Source: a virus. Taken from it: a stretch of 64,000 nucleotides of DNA. The position numbers were made by a program, and so were the translations under genes. The stretch's first letter is position 1, and each line of letters begins with the position of its first letter. The stretch spans positions 1-64,000 of the IMG/VR virus record IMGVR_UViG_3300042874_000086; one strand, given 5' to 3'. The notes under the pieces were generated by a model, which was not told the origin of the DNA, ran no database searches, and was given only the letters and a program-made list of their open reading frames with translations. Of this stretch, positions 17,969 to 29,000 are shown one piece after another.

Positions 17969-19321
17969 ATGGGAATGTTAGATTTTCTTTTTGGTAAGGA
18001 GACAGTTACTTCTTCTGAAAAAGGTAGTAGTGTTTTAATTACCACCAAAGCTTCTAAAAACACTAAAGAAGCTATGAAGAGTTACACAGATGGAAATGGG
18101 CGTTTAGCTAAATCCTCTGAAGAAAACTCTTTACACACCAGTGAGCTTGTTTATAGTTGTGTTGACTATATCTGTAAGGCTGCCTCTCAAGCTATCCCGG
18201 TAGTTGGTAAAGTTGACAAATATGGTAAGTTTGAGGCTATGCCCGAAAAGGATAAATTGTGGTTATGGGCTAAGAACCCTAACCCGTTCTTTACTTGGGG
18301 TGAGATGATTGAACTTAACATTCAAGCACTACTCCTAGGTGGTACATCTTTTATGACTTTTGAGACAGTTAAGGGTCGTTATGAGTCTTGGTTTTTGGGT
18401 GCTCCATCTTCGGTTAAGATTGTTCCACATGCCACAAATTATATGGAAGGGGTAATCTGGAAAGATACTACTGCATATAAATCCGATGAGGTATGTATTT
18501 TTAGGAACCCTACTTTAAATAATATGTATTATGGCGTTCCTTCAGTACGTCCTTTATTTGATACATTGACCCTAGAAAGCTATGCACTCACAGACCTTAA
18601 GAACTTCTATGAGAACTCAAGTATGCTTACTGGTCTATTAGAGTCTGAGTACGCATTATCCCCAGAGCAGATTTCAGCAATTCAAGACCAGTTTCAAACA
18701 CTATACGGTAAGGGGGGTACTAAACGTGGGGGTACTGCTGTTTTGCCTAGTGGTCTTAAGTACAATGCTATCCAGGCGTCCCCTAATGATTCTAAGATTC
18801 TTGACTCGCTAGGGATTAGTGATAAACGAGTACTACGTGTGTTTAAGATTAACGCTCTTGCGCTTGGTGGGGAAAACACTTCAACATCTAAACCACAAGA
18901 CCTAATGAAGTCTGTATTTAATACTGCTGTTCGTCCTTATTTATATAAAATTGAGGATTCAATTACACTGTTCCTACAAAATAAATTTAAAGATAACACT
19001 ATTAAATTTTACTTTGATTTGGATAGGGTAGTAGAACTTGAAACAAGTCTTGATGTTAAAACTGAGGCCGCTAAGGCTAATTATTCTACTGGTCTGGCTT
19101 CCCTTAATGAGGCTCGTGACATGGTTGGGTTACCTAGGATTGACTCAGAAAATGCTGACAAAAATATATTAGCCGCTTACCTATTTGGTACTGGAGCTGT
19201 ATATGTACAAGACGGTGCTACGCTTACGTCGACGGCTCCTACAGCATCTACTTTACCAGGCGGTGCAGGTAGTACAGACCCCCAAGGCGGCACACCAGAT
19301 GGCGCAACAGCTGGAAACTGA
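17969..19321 (+). CDS. Portal protein (HK97-type)
   Basis: VYSCVDYI, NPNPF, YYGVP, SLNEARDMVGLP. Confidence 0.95.
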   Translation: MGMLDFLFGKETVTSSEKGSSVLITTKASKNTKEAMKSYTDGNGRLAKSSEENSLHTSELVYSCVDYICKAASQAIPVVGKVDKYGKFEAMPEKDKLWLWAKNPNPFFTWGEMIELNIQALLLGGTSFMTFETVKGRYESWFLGAPSSVKIVPHATNYMEGVIWKDTTAYKSDEVCIFRNPTLNNMYYGVPSVRPLFDTLTLESYALTDLKNFYENSSMLTGLLESEYALSPEQISAIQDQFQTLYGKGGTKRGGTAVLPSGLKYNAIQASPNDSKILDSLGISDKRVLRVFKINALALGGENTSTSKPQDLMKSVFNTAVRPYLYKIEDSITLFLQNKFKDNTIKFYFDLDRVVELETSLDVKTEAAKANYSTGLASLNEARDMVGLPRIDSENADKNILAAYLFGTGAVYVQDGATLTSTAPTASTLPGGAGSTDPQGGTPDGATAGN

Positions 19322-19367
19322 TACGATAATGTTTTTAGATAATAACTTAAACCGAATTTAAGAGGAT

Positions 19368-20588
19368 TTGTTAATGGATAAGCTAGTTCTTACAGTAAAA
19401 GATTTGCAGGTAGAGAAAAAGGAGCTAGGCTCTGAGTCCCCTAAAGTCCTTTACATTAAAGGGTATGCAAACCGCTACCTAGATAGTATGGGGCAGTTGG
19501 TTGTAGACCGTTCTGGGGACTCGGTAATTCCTACTGGGTATGAGTTGACTAACTTTATGAAAAACCCAATTTTATTATCTTACCACTCGAAGCAAGAGCC
19601 TATAGGTAAAGTGGTTGATATTAAAATTAGCATGGAGGGTTTAGAAATTACCGCTGAGGTACATGAGCTTCTTAATCCTACTGTCTATTATGCTGTAGAG
19701 CAAGGAATCCTTAAAACATTCTCAATTGGGTTTAAGTCTCTAGACACATTCTACGATGGCCCTAATGACATTTACTACTACAAAGCTGTAGAGCTTCTCG
19801 AAGTATCCATTGTTTCTGTACCAGATAACCAAGACTCTATCTTTACAGTTCTAACTCAATCCCCGTGTGCTACAGGTATGTGTATGCTCGCCTCTAAGGC
19901 AACTGATGAACACACTGTTAAATGTGCTAATACAATTAAAAATAAAGATATTTCATCCCGGCGCTGGAATGATATTGATAAGGCTTTTCTACTTGACTCT
20001 GTTAATAACTTGGGTATACCAGAAGCTATTAAGGAAGCATACCTCATTGTTGGTGATGTTGAGAAACAAACTTCTTGGAAATTCCCACACCACGAGGTAA
20101 AAGGTAATACGTTACTACTTAATAAGGAGGGGCTATTATCTGCTCTATCTGCTCTTAAGTCTGCTAAGGATGTTGAGAAATTTTCGGTTGAGGAAAAACT
20201 AGATGCGTTGAAACACCTTGAGAAACACTTCAATGATTTATTAGAAGCTAAAGAGATTGAAGGAATGCCTTCTGATATTTCAGCACTTCTTACGGAACTT
20301 ACTGAAACCAAATCAACAGAGGAAAACACCGACGATAATAACCCTGATAACACTAAAGTAAAAACCGAAGATGGTTCTAGCTCTGGTACCCAAGACGCTG
20401 AGGGAACTTCCCAAACTGCTGAGGGGAACGACACTAAACCTGCCGAGATTACTTTTGAGCAAATTATGTCGTTCGTTGAGTCTATCGAAGGCTCTGATGA
20501 AAATGTTAATCACCTTCTATCTTTGTATGACAAAGTAGGGGTACGGGCTAATACCTTGATTAATGAACACTTAACCCAAACAAACTAA
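19368..20588 (+). CDS. Prohead protease with C-terminal extension
   Basis: IKGYAN, VDRSGD, NPILLSYH, FSIGF, ELLEVSIVSVPDN. Confidence 0.93.
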   Translation: MLMDKLVLTVKDLQVEKKELGSESPKVLYIKGYANRYLDSMGQLVVDRSGDSVIPTGYELTNFMKNPILLSYHSKQEPIGKVVDIKISMEGLEITAEVHELLNPTVYYAVEQGILKTFSIGFKSLDTFYDGPNDIYYYKAVELLEVSIVSVPDNQDSIFTVLTQSPCATGMCMLASKATDEHTVKCANTIKNKDISSRRWNDIDKAFLLDSVNNLGIPEAIKEAYLIVGDVEKQTSWKFPHHEVKGNTLLLNKEGLLSALSALKSAKDVEKFSVEEKLDALKHLEKHFNDLLEAKEIEGMPSDISALLTELTETKSTEENTDDNNPDNTKVKTEDGSSSGTQDAEGTSQTAEGNDTKPAEITFEQIMSFVESIEGSDENVNHLLSLYDKVGVRANTLINEHLTQTN

Positions 20589-20599
20589 GGAGTCCTTAA

Positions 20600-21802
20600 A
20601 TGGCAATCGAAGCTATTGAAAAAATGTCAAAGGAGCTAGACGCTCTTAAAGTAGAAATGGAAGCACAGAAAACTGCTGCTGAAAAACAACTCGAAGAACT
20701 TCATAAAGAAGTTGATAGTAAACTTGCAGAACGCAAAACTACTTTTGAAGAAAAAGTTGTTGGTGATGTTGAAGTTGCTAAAGCAAGAAAAGATGGTGCT
20801 GACCTTTATTTGAAATCAGTACTTACTGGTCGTCCTGTTGAATCTTTCAAAGAATTCAAAGACATCATGTCTATCGTTGAAAAAGCAATCGTCCCTGCTG
20901 ATATCTCTAGTTGGTTGGCTGAGGAATTTAGTGGTCAAATGTTGACTAAACTTGATGCAGAATTGATGGTTGAGCCGTTGTTTACTAAGTTGACTATGCC
21001 TGCGAATCGTAACCAATTCAGTATCCCTGGCCGCTCAACTGACGCAATTGCATACCTTATCGCTCCTGGTGTTGACGCAATCGAATCAACAATCGCTGCT
21101 GGTAAAGTAACATTTGCTACTAGCCGTATCAAAACACTTGTTAGTGTAACTGACCAAGCTGACCAAGAGGCAGTGGTTGCTGTTATGGATTTGGTTCGTC
21201 AAGAACTTGTAAGCTCACTTGCTCGTGCCTCTGAAAAAGGTATTATCGCTGGTGATACTGCTGTTACTGATTCAAATGATGTTCGTAAAGCATTTGATGG
21301 TCTTTTGAAAATCGCTGTTGTTGCTGGTAATGTTGTAGACGGTGGTGGTGCTATCTCTGCTGCTGGTATCCTCGCTGGTCGTAAAAAACTTGGTGTTTAT
21401 GGTTTGAATCTTGCTGATTTGGCTATCATCGCTCCAGTTAAAATTGCTTACGATATGCTTGGTCTTACTGAAGTTATGACTGTTGATAAGTACGGTACTG
21501 CTGCTACTATCTTGACCGGTGAAATTGGTAAACTTTATGGTATGCCAATCGTTGCTTCTGCTTACCTTCCAGAGAACTTGACTGCTGCTGGTATTGTTGA
21601 TGATATTGAACCTGTAGGAACTAAAACAGCTGTTCTTATTGTTAACAAACGTTTCTTCGGTATTGCTGACCGTGGTACAATCGGAATCGAAGAGGAACGT
21701 AAAGCGGTTTCAAGCTCTACTCTCTATGTAGGTTACCGTGATGTTGACTTCAAAAAACTCTCTATCGTTGCTACTCCTGTAGCTGCAATCGTCAATCTTT
21801 AA
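20600..21802 (+). CDS. Major capsid protein (HK97 fold, N-terminal coiled-coil delta domain)
   Basis: Position after the protease, highly biased codons, GEIGKLYGMPIV. Confidence 0.92.
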   Translation: MAIEAIEKMSKELDALKVEMEAQKTAAEKQLEELHKEVDSKLAERKTTFEEKVVGDVEVAKARKDGADLYLKSVLTGRPVESFKEFKDIMSIVEKAIVPADISSWLAEEFSGQMLTKLDAELMVEPLFTKLTMPANRNQFSIPGRSTDAIAYLIAPGVDAIESTIAAGKVTFATSRIKTLVSVTDQADQEAVVAVMDLVRQELVSSLARASEKGIIAGDTAVTDSNDVRKAFDGLLKIAVVAGNVVDGGGAISAAGILAGRKKLGVYGLNLADLAIIAPVKIAYDMLGLTEVMTVDKYGTAATILTGEIGKLYGMPIVASAYLPENLTAAGIVDDIEPVGTKTAVLIVNKRFFGIADRGTIGIEEERKAVSSSTLYVGYRDVDFKKLSIVATPVAAIVNL

Positions 21803-21810
21803 TTGACACT

Positions 21811-21837
21811 TCAGGGCTAACGCCCTGACTTAGTTTT
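21811..21837 (+). terminator. Hairpin/terminator after the capsid gene
   Basis: tcagggc-taac-gccctga followed by a T-rich tract. Confidence 0.65.
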
Positions 21838-21883
21838 TATCCGAGTTGTTTAAGACAACTGAGTTAAGAATTGAGGATTATAT

Positions 21884-22237
21884 ATGCCAAAAGTAAAATA
21901 TAGTGGTAATGGTATTACTACAATTGGTGTTGACTTCGTAGATGGTGTTGAGTATGACCTATCAGACAAAGCATGTTCATATGTACTTGAAAACTTCCCT
22001 ACTCACTTCTCTGTAGTTGGAAAACAAACTAAGGTTGTTGAGGTTGCACCTAAAGTAGAAGAAGTAACACTCGAAGTTGTTGCTGATGTTGTAGCAGATG
22101 AGCCTGTGCTTATGGAAGTTACTGCGGAAGTTACTGCGGAAGTTACTGCGGAAGTTACTGCGGAAGTTACTGCGGAAGTTACTGCGGAAGTTACTGCGGA
22201 AGTTACTGTAGAAAAACCATCTCGTCGTCGAAGTTAA
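21884..22237 (+). CDS. Hypothetical head-associated protein with EVTA repeats
   Basis: GAGGA RBS; lies between capsid and connector genes. Confidence 0.8.
   Translation: MPKVKYSGNGITTIGVDFVDGVEYDLSDKACSYVLENFPTHFSVVGKQTKVVEVAPKVEEVTLEVVADVVADEPVLMEVTAEVTAEVTAEVTAEVTAEVTAEVTAEVTVEKPSRRRS
22115..22210 (+). repeat. 12-bp tandem repeat gaagttactgcg x7 plus one variant
   Basis: Read directly; encodes (EVTA)7EVTV. Confidence 0.97.
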
Positions 22238-22246
22238 GGATAATAT

Positions 22247-22792
22247 ATGTTCCCTGAGTTAGAAAAACAGTTCCTTGAGTACGTTGATGTACAAGAGTCT
22301 GACATAGCGGTTAAAGATTCTTTAGCCCAGATTCTAACTTGGGCCGAAGAGTATATTTATAGTACTTACTACGTATCAATTATTCCACGCACAGTTACCG
22401 AGAATTTAGATGGTAGTGGTACCCCCAAACTATATACCTCCCGAGGTAACATCAATGCTATTACTTCGTTGACTATATCTGGTGAAGTAGTTAGTACTTC
22501 TCTCCTTAAAACAAACAAAAATATCGTAGTTTATGGTGCTTCTACTTTTATTTCTGGTACTTTAAATATAGACATTACCTACTCAATAGGTTATAATACC
22601 TATGATTTAGTCCCCTCTGGGTTGGTTAACGCACTTTTTGTAATTGGTAGAAAAATGTATACAGACGCGACTAAAAACTTTGATGGTATTTCTTTAATTC
22701 AATCTGATACAAAACAATCAATTAAACCTCTAGATACTATTCCCTACTTGGCTGAAAATATTCTTCAGGCTTATCGAATCTTTAAATTTTAG
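22247..22792 (+). CDS. Head-tail connector/adaptor
   Basis: Synteny; ITYSIGY...VPSGL, ILQAYR. Confidence 0.8.
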   Translation: MFPELEKQFLEYVDVQESDIAVKDSLAQILTWAEEYIYSTYYVSIIPRTVTENLDGSGTPKLYTSRGNINAITSLTISGEVVSTSLLKTNKNIVVYGASTFISGTLNIDITYSIGYNTYDLVPSGLVNALFVIGRKMYTDATKNFDGISLIQSDTKQSIKPLDTIPYLAENILQAYRIFKF

Positions 22793-22801
22793 GGGTACAT
22801 A

Positions 22802-23416
22802 ATGCGGCAAACGCTAGGTGACGGTACCGCAGACTTATTAAAACTAAGCCAATCGTTTCGACTAAGTTTAGAGAAAATTACAAAAGCAACCGCCAGGTCT
22901 TTCTTTAATGAGAGTAAAAAGTCCATTAACTCTTGGGAACACACAGTCTATAAACTGCTTAGCAAAAGAGTTAGTTCTGCTATTGTAAAAGGTAGGAGGC
23001 AAAGACCAGATGATAACCCACTCCCACACTATATACCAGACTCCCTATCTAAAAGTAAAGTAAAACTAAGGGACTCATTACACACATCATCAACTTTACA
23101 CTACACAGAGGCTGGTAATGCTTCAATATCTCTAAGTGCGTCTGTTGGTATAGTAGGAGGAGTTGAACTGCCCTCTGCTAAATATACTAATATGCCAGCC
23201 CCTAGTCGTAAAGATGGTTCTACTGCCTCGTGGGCGGGTTGGCACGACAAGGTTATGAGACCTACACAAGACGGCTGGAATGAGTTTACTGCGTCGTCAC
23301 GATTATCTAGTAACATAGGTATTTCCAATTTAGGAACTACTAGGCTTAAGTCTGTGTACGATATTATGGATGAGATATTATCTAACAGAAAATCTTTACC
23401 CACTAGAAGGTTATAG
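22802..23416 (+). CDS. Putative neck/tail completion protein
   Basis: Synteny; basic protein. Confidence 0.55.
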   Translation: MRQTLGDGTADLLKLSQSFRLSLEKITKATARSFFNESKKSINSWEHTVYKLLSKRVSSAIVKGRRQRPDDNPLPHYIPDSLSKSKVKLRDSLHTSSTLHYTEAGNASISLSASVGIVGGVELPSAKYTNMPAPSRKDGSTASWAGWHDKVMRPTQDGWNEFTASSRLSSNIGISNLGTTRLKSVYDIMDEILSNRKSLPTRRL

Positions 23417-23418
23417 TT

Positions 23419-23829
23419 ATGCGTATTGAAATTATTGAGTCACTAATAGCTGACTTAGAAAGAACTAAAAAGTTTAGAAAAATTTATAAGAATACTATAC
23501 CTATGTGGAATGAAGTAAAAGACTTCCCGGCAGTTGGTGTTGTATATGAATCAGACCAAATGGATAGGTCAAACTTAGTTAATAGTAAAGCATTTACTTT
23601 AGCTACTATTCCTATTTTTGTTTATAATAAACAAAGAGGGTCTGATGTAGAAGATAACTTATCAGAACTAGTTGAGGTAGTACAGAAGGTTGTTGAATCT
23701 AATCAACTACTTAAAACACAAACTATTGAAGCAATGATTACAGATTTTAAGAGGGATGGTGGTATGTTAATGCCATACTCTGTTGCCCAGCTTATTCTTA
23801 AAGTAAAATATATTAAAAGGCTAGTTTAA
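23419..23829 (+). CDS. Putative tail terminator
   Basis: Directly before the tail tube gene; DFPAVGV motif. Confidence 0.7.
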   Translation: MRIEIIESLIADLERTKKFRKIYKNTIPMWNEVKDFPAVGVVYESDQMDRSNLVNSKAFTLATIPIFVYNKQRGSDVEDNLSELVEVVQKVVESNQLLKTQTIEAMITDFKRDGGMLMPYSVAQLILKVKYIKRLV

Positions 23830-23884
23830 CACTATCTCTAAATCTTAACGATAATAGTTTGATTTAACTTAAAGGACATAACAC

Positions 23885-24913
23885 ATGGCGATTTATCGTT
23901 CTAATAGTGCCGTATATGCTATTCTAAAAGAAGCAACTTTTAACGCTGGCGGTACTTTCACAAACGCAGACGTTGTTGAGGTAACTTCAGATACTTCAAT
24001 GAAACCTGAGGGAGATTCTATTGAGCGTAAAGCTATTAAGAACTCATTCCTTGGGCAACCTAAAATGGCTGGTAAAATCTATGGTTCTGGAACTGTAGGT
24101 GTTGAGCTTATTCCATTGGGTGGTGCATCAAAAGACCTTAATGGTTCAGATATCCTTGAGGTTGCTCTTGGTATTCGTGAAGAAGCCGGGCTTGCTACTG
24201 GTGCATTTATTGGTTACTCTGACGCTGGTGTAACACCCGCTAAGAAAATTTATGAAGCTGTAGCTACTGAGACTAGTACTGCTGTATTATATAAATTGGC
24301 AAAACCTTGTGGTAGCCAACCATCATTGTCAATCAAACAGTTTCTTGGTTGTGACACTGGGGATAGTCAATCTATCACTTACACTGGTATTGTACCTTCT
24401 TCTGTTAAGTTTGACTTCCCAACAGCTGACTTGGCTACGATTTCTTTTGATGTTGGTGCCTCTGGTTATACTACTGCGGCTGGTGGAGCTATCCTTACTG
24501 GTACTGCAATTGTAGAAAACCCGTATGTTGGTAAAAATGCTACATTTACTGTAGATAATGTTGAGTATGAGGCAACAAACCTTTCATTCTCTATTGAGAA
24601 TACTGTAACTGACCGTGAGGCTATTACAAGTGAAGGTATTACATCTAAAGCTGTTACCAAAAAAATGGTAAAAGGTTCTTTGTCAGTTGTATTTGAAAAC
24701 TACGATGAGTTGAATAAATTCAAAAATAACACAGACGCTGCTATCTACCTAGAAATGGTTTCTGGTACACACAAATTTGCAATCTATTTCCCACGTGCTC
24801 GTTACACCGCGGTTAATATTGAAGACGCAGATGGTATCCTTGAAAACAAAATTGAGTTTGAGGCGTATGAAGATGCGACTCTTGGAGAAGCTGTTTACAT
24901 CGCACACATGTAA
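23885..24913 (+). CDS. Major tail tube protein
   Basis: 342 aa, biased codons, SFSIENT..., IYFPRARY; followed by a terminator, chaperones and TMP. Confidence 0.88.
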   Translation: MAIYRSNSAVYAILKEATFNAGGTFTNADVVEVTSDTSMKPEGDSIERKAIKNSFLGQPKMAGKIYGSGTVGVELIPLGGASKDLNGSDILEVALGIREEAGLATGAFIGYSDAGVTPAKKIYEAVATETSTAVLYKLAKPCGSQPSLSIKQFLGCDTGDSQSITYTGIVPSSVKFDFPTADLATISFDVGASGYTTAAGGAILTGTAIVENPYVGKNATFTVDNVEYEATNLSFSIENTVTDREAITSEGITSKAVTKKMVKGSLSVVFENYDELNKFKNNTDAAIYLEMVSGTHKFAIYFPRARYTAVNIEDADGILENKIEFEAYEDATLGEAVYIAHM

Positions 24914-24919
24914 GCTACC

Positions 24920-24941
24920 TGAGGGCAAAGCCCTCATATTT
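24920..24941 (+). terminator. Hairpin/terminator after the tail tube gene
   Basis: tgagggc-aaa-gccctca-tattt. Confidence 0.7.
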
Positions 24942-24963
24942 GATTAAACCTTAGGAGAAAAAA

Positions 24964-25389
24964 ATGCCACTAGTTGTTTCCACAAAAAAAGATGAATCAT
25001 TTGAATACGTACCTGTACTATTCCGAGGTGATGAAGAGCCGTTCACTGTAAAAATTAAGCGTATTGATGCCCGTAGTTTTGCTAAACTTGAAGACGGGTT
25101 AACAAAAATTAATCAAGAAGATTCTACTATTTCTTTTGCTTCTGGCTCATTCAATTGGAACGTTGTAAAACGTGGAGTACTTGGGTGGTCTAATGTAACT
25201 GATGAGAATGGGGCACTTCTTAAATTTAAGAAAGACGCTAACGGGTTTATGGATGACTCCTCTATTGAAGTCCTACCCCTTGATATAATCAGTGAAATTG
25301 CTACTACTATTGCTTCTATTACTAGAACTCCAGAACATACTGCCTTATTCCTAGGGCAGTCTGAGGTTACTAGTGATTCCGATTCATAA
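24964..25389 (+). CDS. Tail assembly chaperone
   Basis: Synteny; VLGWSNVTDENG. Confidence 0.8.
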   Translation: MPLVVSTKKDESFEYVPVLFRGDEEPFTVKIKRIDARSFAKLEDGLTKINQEDSTISFASGSFNWNVVKRGVLGWSNVTDENGALLKFKKDANGFMDDSSIEVLPLDIISEIATTIASITRTPEHTALFLGQSEVTSDSDS

Positions 25390-26050
25390 AGTAACTTACT
25401 TCTATACGCCTCAGGTATACTTGGATTCGTCCTTACCTGAGGTTACAGTTGTTTACAATACCCTTTCTAATTCCCAACTAAAATCAGCAGACTTTGTATA
25501 TTCCAGTGGTAATTATAAAGAGTACGTATATAGGGTATGTGAGTTTGCTATTAGTAAGATTGAAACAGTAGACGGTGATACACTAACAATTAATAGTCTA
25601 CCCTCTAGTTTACTGTCAAATATAGCTAATGAGATTATTAAGACCTCCACACTCAGCCCTGAGGATATGGATAAGATTGAAACATCATTATCTGTGTTTT
25701 TCTCTGAGCAATTATCTTCTGATACTTGGAAATGTGATATTTGCAAACAGAAGCGTTTAGATAATACACGTAATTGTGGTTTTAAACAAGATGCTCCACA
25801 CAACCCTGATTTTAAGATTATGGTTAATAAAACTATCTATACGCATTGCCCTATTTTTGATGTAGACAATAACATAATATCATCTGGTATCGAGGCGTAT
25901 AACGTACTAAAAGGTAGATTTTTGCCAGATTCTGGGGGTTGGGCAGACCAGACCCAGGCGTTTACCATACTATCTGTTATTGTAAATAATAAGATTGAAG
26001 AGAGAAATAAAATACAAATGGATAAAATGTTAAAAGAAAATAAAAGGTAG
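25373..26050 (+). CDS. Second tail assembly chaperone-like protein with Cys motif
   Basis: Precedes TMP; CDIC..C..CP, LPDSGGWADQ; own GAGG RBS and GTG start. Confidence 0.7.
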   Translation: MIPIHKVTYFYTPQVYLDSSLPEVTVVYNTLSNSQLKSADFVYSSGNYKEYVYRVCEFAISKIETVDGDTLTINSLPSSLLSNIANEIIKTSTLSPEDMDKIETSLSVFFSEQLSSDTWKCDICKQKRLDNTRNCGFKQDAPHNPDFKIMVNKTIYTHCPIFDVDNNIISSGIEAYNVLKGRFLPDSGGWADQTQAFTILSVIVNNKIEERNKIQMDKMLKENKR

Positions 26051-26093
26051 CCCCCAATACGATTATAGGGTAATAAATCCCTAAAGGGCTACA

Positions 26094-29000
26094 ATGGCTA
26101 ATACTTCAATTAATATAGACTTAAAGTTTACTGGACAGGGCCTAAGAGGTCTGGAATCGTCATTAGTAAGTTTAACAAAAGATACCCAGAAATTATCTAA
26201 AGCGTCGGAAACAATCTTTGCTGGGGACTTAACATCACTTAATAAAACAAAGAAGACTATTGATGGTTTAACTAATAATTTGGTTGGGTTATTTACTCAA
26301 TCGCAGGAAGTATCTAAAGCTCTGTCTATTATGGGTCAGGGACTAAAAGGAAAAGAGCTTAACGAGGCGACCTCAGGACTAAGCGCATCCCTAAGAAAAA
26401 TGGTTAAGTCTAGTAATCTAGAGGGTTTACACTCAGAGTACCTACGAATATCAAGAGCTATGGGGGATGTAAGTCTTACAACTAAGGGTTTACAGCAAGC
26501 ATTTGCTGGTACTACTGTTGGAATTAAAAATAATATAGAAAACACTATAAGTGCTTTAAAACAATTAGGAACTAATACTCAAACGTTATCTAATTTCAAA
26601 ACTAGACTGACGGAAGCAACTACTATTTTAAATAAAACAGGTGATAGTACTTATCTATCGAGAGTAAATAAAGACTTAGACGCTTCTTTAAAAAATACTT
26701 TAAAATTATATGACGCAAGTCAAAAGTTACAGTCTTTACAAATACAGACTAAACCTGTACAAACAGCAGTTGGTAATTTAGGAGCACTACAGCAAAAGAC
26801 TGCTTCTGGCACCGCAACCGGGCAGGACGTAACATTAGCCCTTAGGGAGTCCAGCAAGTTGTATGATGAAATTAGAGCGAAGGAAAAGGATTTGGAGGCT
26901 TCTAGAAGGGCTTCTAATAAGCTCCTTTCTGACAATATTGCATTACTGAAAGCACAAGAAACATCCCTTAAGACTACCATTACTAATAAATCGGGTGTTG
27001 CAACTCCTACCGACATTTCGGCAGCAAAAAATAAACTTACTGAAGTAACTGCCGAGATTACCAAACTATCTAACATAAAAGCCCCTGACGTTTTAGATAC
27101 TAGGAAAATTAACGCATTTAGTAAAACAGTTCAGGCAACTACTGCAGATGTTACTAAGTTAGCCGGAGAAGCCGCTAAGGTAAAGTTTGATGTTAACTTG
27201 TCAAAGGCCTTGTCTGACGCTAAGAAGTCTGCTGGACAACTAAGCTTGGAGATGCGTGATTTTCAAAAGTCTGCAGCTACAGGTGTTGCCAGCAGTTTAC
27301 AGTCTCTACGAGCACAAGCAAGCATAGTTAGGAACGACATAAGAAAGGGTAATGTACGACCGGAGGTGGCTAAAGAAGACTTAGAGTTACTTAATAAAAA
27401 GTTTAATCTGTTAAAACAATTAAATGATTTACAGTTAAAGACTAATGCAGCTACCGGAGTTATGTCTAACTCTGATATTGCTAAAGTAACCTCTGATATT
27501 GCCACGTTATCTAGGAGTGTATCAACTGCTACCGGACCCCTTGGTGTTTTTGCAGAGAGATTTAAAGAAATTAAGATAGCCGTTTCTGGTAAAATTACTT
27601 ATGACGCTGGGTATGATAGAATAACCCAATCTTACGAGAAACAAATATTAGCACTCAATAACCTAATAAATACAAAACAAAAATGGGCTAGTGACAAGAG
27701 TCTAGAGTTGGCTAGACAAAAAGTTAGAGAACTAGAGGACGCACTTAGGGGTGCAGAGGCTCGGAAAAGAGCATTTGATTCCGCTTTTTCAGCAGACCCA
27801 TCAACCGCAGTTAGGAGTGCTGCGTCCGAGGTAACTAGACTTAGGGGTGAACTAAATTCCGCTACTACCAGTGCTCGCACAGTATCTCAAGCACTGACCG
27901 AAATTTCTGGGGTTAAGTGGTTTACTAATATTGCCCAACGTGCGCTGGCGTACTCTGGTTTATTTGGTGGGATATATAGTGTCGTTAATACAATCCAAAA
28001 TGGATTGAAGTATGTTATTGAGTATGACCAAGCTATTCATACCCTATCCGCCGTTTTAGATATGAGCGCACTGTCAGCTGCAAGGCTAGAGGGTAATTTA
28101 GCTAAACTAGGTACACAATACGGCGGGGCTTTAAAAGATATTAATGAGGCCGCACTAACTTTAGGACGTGCTGGGATTGATAAAGCAGACGTTACTGAGG
28201 CCACCGAGGCTGTTATAAAAATGGCTAGACTTACAGGGGATACTTTTGCTACCTCCGCGTCTGCTATGATTACTTATAAGGAAGTTTTTGGGAAAGTTAA
28301 AGATACTAATACTGGACTAACCCCATCTATTGAAGATTTGGGTAATATGTTAGCATATATGGCTAACCAATCTCGGATGTCTACTCAAGATATTGGAACA
28401 TTCTCCAACTATGCTTTGGCCGCCGCTAAATCATCTGGTATGACGGCCGACGCGGTTAGTGCTATGGCAATTTCATTCTCTAATGCCGGGGTTAATGCTT
28501 CTACTATTGGTACACAAATTCGTAGGTTTTCTAGCGTTCTCGCCGAGACTTCTAGTGAGACTGTTAATTTCTTCGACTCTATTGGAGTAAGTCAAGAGAT
28601 GATGATGGCCCGTATGAAAATGGGTACAGAAGAGTCTAATAAAGCTATGGCGGAATTCGTGGGGAAACTAAAAGGTTTAACAGACGCGGAGTTTAGCCAA
28701 ATTACTAGAGGTATGGATATTCTTGCACTACAATCCCTTACTTTATTACGTAATAATGCTGACGAGTTCTTTAGACACCTACAAAAGATGCAAGGGGGTG
28801 TGGAAGGTGAGATTGATAAAGCTAACTTCATTACAGAAAGTTATGCTATTACGTGGGAAAAGTTAGGAAATACTCTAGCACTTTCTTTTAATCAAACTGT
28901 AGGTAACTTATTGCCTTTTGGTAAGGCTATGGTCGAGTTTGCTACAGGTGCTCTGAATACTTTTAATGATGTAGTTACAACCATAATCAAAAACTGGGAT

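Noticed and set aside
24964-26050. Lambda G/GT-type -1 frameshift between the tail chaperones
   Set aside because: The second ORF is in the +1 frame, has its own GAGG RBS and GTG start, and no slippery heptamer was seen in the overlap
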